From Octopus vulgaris (lineage: Eukaryota), in contig OX597825.1 of NCBI GenBank assembly GCA_951406725.2, positions 18,104,001 to 18,168,000 of the forward strand: a stretch of DNA of 64,000 nucleotides. Reading direction: 5' to 3'. A model generated the notes under the pieces. That model was not told the DNA's origin, made no database searches, and saw only the letters and a list, made by a program, of their open reading frames with translations. This document shows positions 55,841-64,000 of this stretch, piece by piece. Positions within the stretch are counted from its first letter, which is position 1; the number at the start of each line of letters is the position of its first letter. The position numbers and the translations under genes are program-made.

Positions 55841-56344
55841 ATGTGTATTTATATATATATATATACATGAAGGTGTGTATATATGAAGGAAATGGGACGT
55901 GTATAATCACTACTTCTCTCGATGTATATTCTGTTAAACAGAATTAGTTTTCGTACGACTCAATGACTCGAGTTTTACACAATAAAAATTGCAGATTTTT
56001 CTCTGTTTCTTTTCGCAATGTAAGAGATACGAATGCAAAATATTGCCAACTGAGAGAGATCTATCTATTTCTCATATATAAATACATTTTAGGAATACAT
56101 TTTTTGATGGGCTACAATCTTATTTACCTGCATCATTATGCTCACAAATATACATTTGATAAATTAATGGAAGCATTGTATTTGTGAGTAGTTTTGTTTT
56201 CCTAAATAAATAGAGTTACGATCTTTTTGAACGTTATGTATGACTGTTTCCTTTTGAGATTTGATAGCCATTGTTTTTATCTTACTTTAGAGTCAAATTA
56301 CGCGTAATTTCATTTACAACTGTTAGTTCAGTTTCAATTTTGAG

Positions 56345-57397
56345 ATGGAGTACAAACACGGAAATTTTCGACATTTTAAGCTTTTTTGTTTCCGTAAATG
56401 CAAGAAAGCTGCTGAGGCTAACAAAGGGATATGTGAAGTTTATGGTGTTGATTGCTTAACAGAATGGAAATGTCAGAGACGGATTAAAGAAGTCCGATCT
56501 GGAGATTTTTCACTCAAAGATGACCAACGATTTGGTCGACCTACGAAAGTTGATTACGACTGAATCATAGCCATAACTGAATCTGATTGTCATATGTGCG
56601 GGAGATTGAAGTGAGGTTAAATGTATCACACACAACAACTGGAAATCACTTTAAATGTCTTGGACTCGTTAAGAAGCTCGATATTTGGGTTCCACATAAA
56701 TTGAAATAGATTCACTTAACATGAAGAATCAATATTTACGATAAGCAGCTCAAATATAATGAAATCGAACTCTTTTTTTAAACGAATCATTACTGGTGGT
56801 GACAAATGGAATGTCTACAATCACATCTATCGAAAACGATCAAAGTCCAAGCTTTATGAACCAGCACAAATCATATCGAAAGCTATATTGCATAAAATGA
56901 AATGGCCATGCTGTCAATTTGATGGGATTGTAAAGATGTTGTTTATTTTGAGATACTTCCAAGGAATCAAATGATCAATTCAATGTTTACTGTCAACCAC
57001 TAATGGAACTGAAGGAAGCAATTACATGAAAACCGCCAGAATTGACAAATCGTAAAGTAACCGTGTTCCATCATGACAAAGCTACACCAAATACGTCTTT
57101 GCTAATTTGTGAAAAATTATTGGAGCTAGGTTGGGAAGAGGTGTCACATCCAACATATAGCTCTAATGTAATAGTAGCACATTACAATTTATTTCGAAGT
57201 TTGCAAAATTCTTTGAAAGATAAAACATTTAATAATGATGTTAACCTGAAATCCCACTTCCGTTTTTGCCTGATAAGGACCAGAAGTTCTATGAGCGCAG
57301 AATCATGAAGTTGCTTAAAAGATGGCAAAAGGTTATCGAACAAAATGGAAAATATATAATTAATTAATGTTCATTAATTACTTTGTTGCCAACCGAG
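56345..57397 (+). mobile_element. mariner (DD34D-type) transposase pseudogene with right-TIR remnant
   Basis: MEYKHGNFRH..GDFSLKDDQRFGRP; WVPHKL (56686-56703); FFKRIITGGDKW; VFHHDKATP; HPTYSSNV..HYNLFRSLQNSL; KRWQKVIEQNGKYIIN* (stop 57365-57367). Many stops and frameshifts; first and third catalytic Asp altered; aattactttgttgccaaccgag followed by TA at 57398. Confidence 0.93.
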
Positions 57398-59786
57398 TAT
57401 ATTCAAGAAACATAACAGATAAGAGTTTACTATGTATACCTTGCTGGATAACATTATGATCGATGCTTTTGTCGTGAACAATATAAATAAGTTACATAAA
57501 ATAAGTGAAAGATGGTAAGTTACCAACTCGTTGTGACAAATATCATAGTTTCATCTTGCCAGCTTTGTGGTTCTCTCTATTGGAGTTGAATTTTCCGGCT
57601 TTGCTAAATGTTAGCCAGCATCTAAAATCTGTCAAAATGTTAGGCGGAAAAACTCACTGCATTACTTTGAAGATTGTCACGTCAACTGCATGTGCTCTGA
57701 ATGGTCGTTAACACCTTTTATGAGAACACCTTTATGCGTTAACACCTTTTATGAAAACTCTTTTCCTTTTATGGAGATGCACTATCGCGATACATAGATT
57801 TAGAAGGGAAAATTCTGAGAGCTATGGTTCAAATCTCAGCTGGGTCTCATTGCATAAGAATATCTAACTGCCATTAAGATTACACTCATCTTAACTCCCT
57901 CCTTAAATATGTCTCCATTGATTTTATATAGACTGATATTTGATAGATATATGGGTGCTGTGTCAGGTAGGGTCAATTTACTTTCCGATGCACCCTATAC
58001 TGTCCATTGGAACAAGCACTGTCGCTAAGATTTAAAGAAATGGCATGCATTAAAATTGTCTCTCCTCACTGACATATTTGGAAAGAACTAGATAAGATTC
58101 AATGACGTAGATAAATCCAATCGGTTCACTGGTTTTTGCCGATAAATATGTCCGGAAGGATTACACTCCTTGTTGGTCACTGAAATATATGGTATCGAAG
58201 CGAATGGAATGTTATAGATATGTACAAGCTTCGTGTATACTATCTTATTGATATTCAGTCACTGAAGATCACATTTCACCCAGTCGATATGTATCTTCAT
58301 GAGATACATTTACGAAAAGGAATTCTACGATCCCCCTTCGCTCTACTTTTGGCATTTTTACCATTAACAAATGCCTCAAGAATAATATTCATGTCATTTT
58401 CTGAAGACGCACGGAGGCACATATTTTTACGAAGAGCATGTTGCTTTATAAACCTCTCAGAGCTGGATAGTTACTTCCTTTTATCAAAATTATAAGGTAT
58501 AAATCTATAGTGAACCGTTGTGGTATTCGAACTCGGAAAGTACAATACGTGTGTATAATCGAAAAGCATCTTATCCGATGATATTAAGTGTCTTTCAATC
58601 CACCATACTCGATATCTTTCATAATATAATTGCTATATTTTTCTATAAACCACAATATATATTTTGTGTTAAAGCGGAAATTGGATATAGAAAAATTCAT
58701 TACACACACAAACACACACCTGTATGTATGTATAAAACATGTGTTTACCTCGTTGTTGATGGACATATATATATTAGTTAATAGGATTGGTATACGTCTT
58801 TCCTATGATCGAAATTATAGATACAAGGTGAAATAAGATTATGTTACGTTCTTTTTACGCTATTAAATAGGATTGATAACATATGAGTGAGTAATTGATA
58901 CATAAGCTGAAAGCACGTTCAGAGATGTTTTATATCCAGTTGTTCGGTGCTTAATTATCAGTTACTAAAATTATCATATGAACATTTTCCCGAATATACA
59001 GGAATGGAATTGATATCGTTCACCAGGCAGGCTATTAGCTAACCAACTGAAGTGGAGACTCTCCAAGTCGGAAATGAAACTGCTTTCTCCATTTTGACTT
59101 GGTAAATGCTTTAATTCTTGCTCCAAGTTGCATTCTGATGAAATAAACAGCAATTCCTTCCATTGACAGAAGGCGATATAGAGATAAACTGATAACCATT
59201 CGTGGATATTGATTGAATATTGTGAATAATATCATATATATTCATATACAAGTTTACAATATGGACACCCGAGTAGGATTAGAGTTCAGACAACGATAGG
59301 GAAAAAATCTAGAAGATTACACAGTCAATTTAGCGATTATTTTCAGTGTTTTGCATACTGAATGAGTAGTAGCAGAGTTTAGAATTATTGCCAAATAAGT
59401 GATTATATGGTTAGCTGCACATTTTACTATTCACTGACATAATCAAAAATACATATATGGTTTTATTGGACTTGAATCCAATTCAAAGAATCTAAACGAG
59501 GGTATTTTGTAAGCTGGGTTGGTTTCAATAGTTGAATCATTTTTCCCTTTCATTGCTAAAATATGAAAGGAAAAAAAAGCAAGGTTTCTTTCATGTTGAC
59601 GATTGCTAAAACGCCACTGAACGCTGTTATCAATCACCAACGCTTAAGGAAAAATCAACATTAACACTGTCTTTCTATTTATTCCGTTCAAATATCGTCA
59701 TCCTTGCCTTTACAGCATAAATAACATACAGAATCGATGTTTATAACATTAGGTGATGTAATATTTATTATTATTATTATTATTAT

Positions 59787-60017
59787 TGGCGAGCTGGCAG
59801 AACCGTTAGCACGCCGGGCGAAATGCGTAGCCGTATTTCGCCTGCCGTTACGTTCTGGGTTCAAATTCCGCCAAGGTCGACTCTACCTTTCATCCTTTCG
59901 GGGTCGATAAATTAAGTACTAGTTACGCACTGGGGTCGATATAATCGACTTACTTAATCCGTTTGTCTGTCCTTGTTTGTCCCCTCTGTTTAGCCCCTTG
60001 TGGGTAGTAAAGAAATA
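59787..60017 (+). mobile_element. SINE family B, full copy, tail type 1
   Basis: ggcgagctggcagaaccgttagc...gggttcaaattccgcc...cctttcatcctttcggggtcgataaattaagtac...tttagccccttgtgggtagtaaagaaata. Confidence 0.94.
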
Positions 60018-60047
60018 AATTCATCATTATTATTATCATCATCATCA

Positions 60048-60099
<52 letters not shown>

Positions 60100-60122
60100 T
60101 ACTACTACTACTACTACTACTA

Positions 60123-60257
60123 CAGAATTGTTAATACGCCAGATAGAATGCTTAGCGGTGTTTCTTCGGGCTTTAGGTTCTGAGTTCAAATTCCGCCGAT
60201 GTCGACTTTCTTCTACAAACTTTCGGTTCTATAAAATAAATACCGATTGAGCACTAG
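60123..60257 (+). mobile_element. SINE family B, diverged partial copy
   Basis: cagaattgttaatacgcc...aatgcttagcggtgtttc...ttctgagttcaaattccgccgatgtcgacttt. Confidence 0.8.
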
Positions 60258-60276
60258 CATTTATTTTAGTAGTAGT

Positions 60277-60346
<70 letters not shown>

Positions 60347-60544
60347 CAGTTAGCATCATAATTACTTTTGTTGGCCTCGAGGGCATCTATAGAGGAAATT
60401 AAAATTACACTTTGTAATGAGTGAGAGTGCTGGCATAAAAGAAAAGTAGAATGGATTGAGGGGACTATATATACTTATACGATCTATATTTAATATAAAC
60501 ATATTTTTATCCATGGCTGTAGCATGTAGAATCGTTAGCATGCT

Positions 60545-60648
60545 GATGTTGAACGAAACACCCATGATTCCAGAGGTGAATTATCCAAACCTCGGGTCAG
60601 TTAAGATGAGAAGCCACGAAAGCCACTGCCTGGTACTGCATCAGTGCA
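60545..60648 (-). mobile_element. fragment of family D next to (ATT)n
   Basis: 60545-60592 matches 37294-37341. Confidence 0.5.
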
Positions 60649-60788
60649 TATTATTATCATTATCATTATTATCATTATTATTATCATTATTATTATTATT
60701 ATTATTATCATTATTATTATTATTATTATCATTATTATTATTATTATTATCATTATTATCATTATTATCATTATTATTATCATTATTA

Positions 60789-60821
<33 letters not shown>

Positions 60822-60861
60822 GAATTAGTAGTAGTAGTAGTAGTAGTAGCAACAGCAACAA

Positions 60862-60910
<49 letters not shown>
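60648..60910. repeat. (ATT/ATC)n and (AGT)n arrays
   Basis: Visible directly; further (AGT)n arrays at 60268-60345 and 61930-62022. Confidence 0.92.
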
Positions 60911-61947
60911 TTTAATGGAAAGCAGCATTCATACCCATTTTTCTTTCTTAGCTCTATTCAGAAAGACGAAAAAACAAACTGGCTGATTGCTCTATAGAAA
61001 TATAATAATGAAAATCTAGCAAAAAGAGAACGAACTTAATTGAATGTCGAATATCAAATGTATTTCATTGTCAATTTGCTCCAGACATACTTCCATGTTT
61101 ATATCTTAACGGAAATATCATAAACATATACAGCTTACTATACACATGGTTCTGGGTGCAATGCAGTCTATGTCAATGGCTTAACATTTATATCTATAAG
61201 AACTGAAATTTTATTTTGTGTAGTTAAATAAATTTAAACGCCCGCATTGAATTCGAGTTGGGACTTTTCTCAACGGAATTGCATGTGTTTGAATTGATTG
61301 CATTCTGACTACGTAGACCCGAAATTTGATTTCAAGAACGATGTTTCAGTGTTGCTTTTGCTGTTTATATTGTTGTTGGTGATGATGTTTCGCATCGAAT
61401 TATGCATGTTTAAGAAAATTTACCTAAGAAAGTACATAAGAATTTTTTTCGTATCTCTTGCGAATGGCGAAGAAATGACTTTTAGACACGGATTGATTAG
61501 CCGTATGATTAATCAAACAATTGACTATTTAACGGGATAGATTGTTAACCAATTCAGAAATATATAATGAAGAAGTGACATAGAACCAGTGCGTGTGGTT
61601 ATTATTGGTATAATGACCGTCACGAGATACAGCAAAATATGATTCAATACATGACGTTGCATCAAGTATATTGCAAACCTAATACCGAAAATATCAGTAA
61701 TCAAACATCGTACATCATGGAATATAATATGCAATGTGTCCTTCGTTTCTTTAATAAGATATTTGATAAGAGAGTTGAATTGCTGCTGTTTGTGCAGCGT
61801 TGTTTCTGATTGGAAGTACTAATATATAGCTTTCTGGCTATACAGACGTGTATATACCTTTTGAAGTATATACCCAACGTATTGCATTCTAGGTTTCTTT
61901 CCTTTTTTCTAAGCTGCTGCATTCCAGAGTAGTAGTAGTAGTAGTAT

Positions 61948-62022
<75 letters not shown>

Positions 62023-62131
62023 CAATTTTCTCTTTGCGTATATCATGTATGTCGTCTTAGAATATTGTTAAAAGCATTAACAATAGAAAAAATTAATAAC
62101 CTGAAATTACAATACGTAAGTTAATTTTTAC

Positions 62132-62265
62132 TTCCGAAGTCGACTCCGCCTTTATTCATTTGAAGGTCGATAAAATAAGTTCCATGTTGAGCACTGGGGT
62201 CGATGTAATCGACTTACACTCTCCGAAAACCTTGTTGGCTTTCTACCAATATATGAAACCAATAT
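62132..62265 (+). mobile_element. SINE family B 3' part, tail type 2
   Basis: ttccgaagtcgactccgccttt...ggtcgataaaataagt...gcactggggtcgatgtaatcgactta...tgaaaccaata. Confidence 0.8.
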
Positions 62266-63339
62266 TTAACCTAATTCATTCAGTGGTTACTTTCTGTGCA
62301 GCTTGACACACACCGCTATGGTTTTCAAATGTAATAATTATCAATTAGAGATAGAGCAAAAAAAAATATATCGCACACTTATATGCTTTCTACACTTATA
62401 TAATTTCTATGCTATTATGTCCAGAAAAAGTATGAATTTTACTTATACTGCATTTTAGATTTTACGAAGAGTACGAAAGTATATAAAATTCCCTGTCGTG
62501 CAAGATCGTTCTTTGTTAGAAATATGTTAAACACGCATATAAGCATACAAACATACCTACATACATATATACATAATAAATACAACGTTAGATAAATAGA
62601 TAGAGAGAGAGACAGGCAGACCAACAGAGATACGTACAGACATATGTACATGTATACGCATGCATATATATATATGTATTAGAATACTGTCATTATGTTA
62701 TATTTATACAGATTTGAATAAATTCATTACGTCATTGACAGTGTGGTTTATAAGTCGACCTAACTAATGAACGGTGAAATTACTGTCTCGGATTTCTCTT
62801 CATATTTATGAATCGTCAAAGTTAATGGCTGGTAAATTATTCTTTTAATTTACGAATATGAATAGTAACACCAATGTAACAAATAAGTGTGGGTAATAAT
62901 AATAATAAAAAAAAGGTGAATTTAACATTTATGAAATAAAATCTCGCATATAAATGAGTGTCTATAAAGCATGTTTGTTAAACCATTTAATAAGTATTAA
63001 CTGAAAACTTAACATAATCATTCATCATAGCTGTAATTCTTATATGACAGTAATTAAACTGGGAAGAGAGAGATTGATATCAGACTTCTTAAAACACATC
63101 TAGGTTTGTATGTACTCTAATATGTTAAACAACACACATAGGTAACTAATTTGAAACCAATGATCAGAAGCATAACATGTTCTTGAATTCAATAAACTAC
63201 ATTACTCTACACCATGTTTTCCTTTGTTTAGCTTTTATAATATTGATTTTTTTTTCACTACACTTCAATATGTAGGATGACATTAAAAACATATAAATGC
63301 AATGTCTATACTTGTTTACACATGTACTTATTAGTTTAT

Positions 63340-63395
<56 letters not shown>

Positions 63396-64000
63396 TGTCT
63401 GTGTGTGTTTACAATGAAAAAAGAAGCGTATTGAAAGAAAATGAAAACATCTTTAGATGTTTTAATATTCTCTTGAGTGATATGCCAAATAAACACCGAA
63501 AAAAAAAGCACTATGCTATAATTTTTATTAACTTTCAACTAAACTTTTATTTTGCAATTCATATCAAACATGGATAATATTCGTGTTTTCTTTTTTTTTT
63601 ATATACAATAGAGAAAGCCAATACAGAAACTTTAAAATTATATAAAATATTGCTAAAGAAAACGTTTTATAGATTCCCTTACACTAAATTATATAACAAA
63701 ACAGAGTTTACGAATATCAACCTTGTAAGTAGAAGCTGTGGGTTTTTGAAAACCGGATGAATTGGAATATAATTATAAATTCTGCGAAAACAATATAAGT
63801 TTAAATGAAACTGGAGGACACTGTAATAACATAACATCAAAGATTGTTTTCTTTCTTCTCTATTTTCATACCCTCTTAGAAGAAAACACATCAAAATAAA
63901 TTTCGAATGGAGAATAATATTATACTTCATGAGGAAGTTATTTTAAGTTGACTGCCCTGTATTATCGATTTAGATAACTGAGCGAAAACGTGGTTTTATA

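Noticed and set aside
56160-56345. Left TIR of the 56.3-57.4 kb mariner
   Set aside because: No reverse complement of the right-TIR remnant was found upstream of the ATG, so the left boundary is left uncalled.
57705-57775. Imperfect aacaccttt(t)atg repeats
   Set aside because: A short local tandem duplication with no further structure.

Overview
AT-rich eukaryotic DNA, almost certainly intronic or intergenic, with very dense microsatellites. The repeat families and SSR load suggest a coleoid cephalopod (Octopus-like) genome; this is an inference and was not database-checked. No intact protein-coding gene is supportable, and nearly all ORFs in the supplied track are translations of microsatellites or SINEs. 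The window holds about 30 copies or fragments of four tRNA-derived SINE families and four decayed mariner elements, one with intact TIRs and an internal inversion. It also holds two non-autonomous Helitrons with shared 3' ends, a Helentron/HINE-like element, a foldback MITE and a decayed R4/Dong-like reverse-transcriptase fragment, plus other short inserts sitting in (TAA)n tracts. The most notable signal is a set of at least six minimal type-I hammerhead-ribozyme-like motifs in mostly unrelated short elements, most of them lodged in or next to (TA)n microsatellites. One (53496-53548) has an intact catalytic core, and two sit in the loops of long inverted repeats. This fits Penelope-like element termini or retrozyme-like elements.
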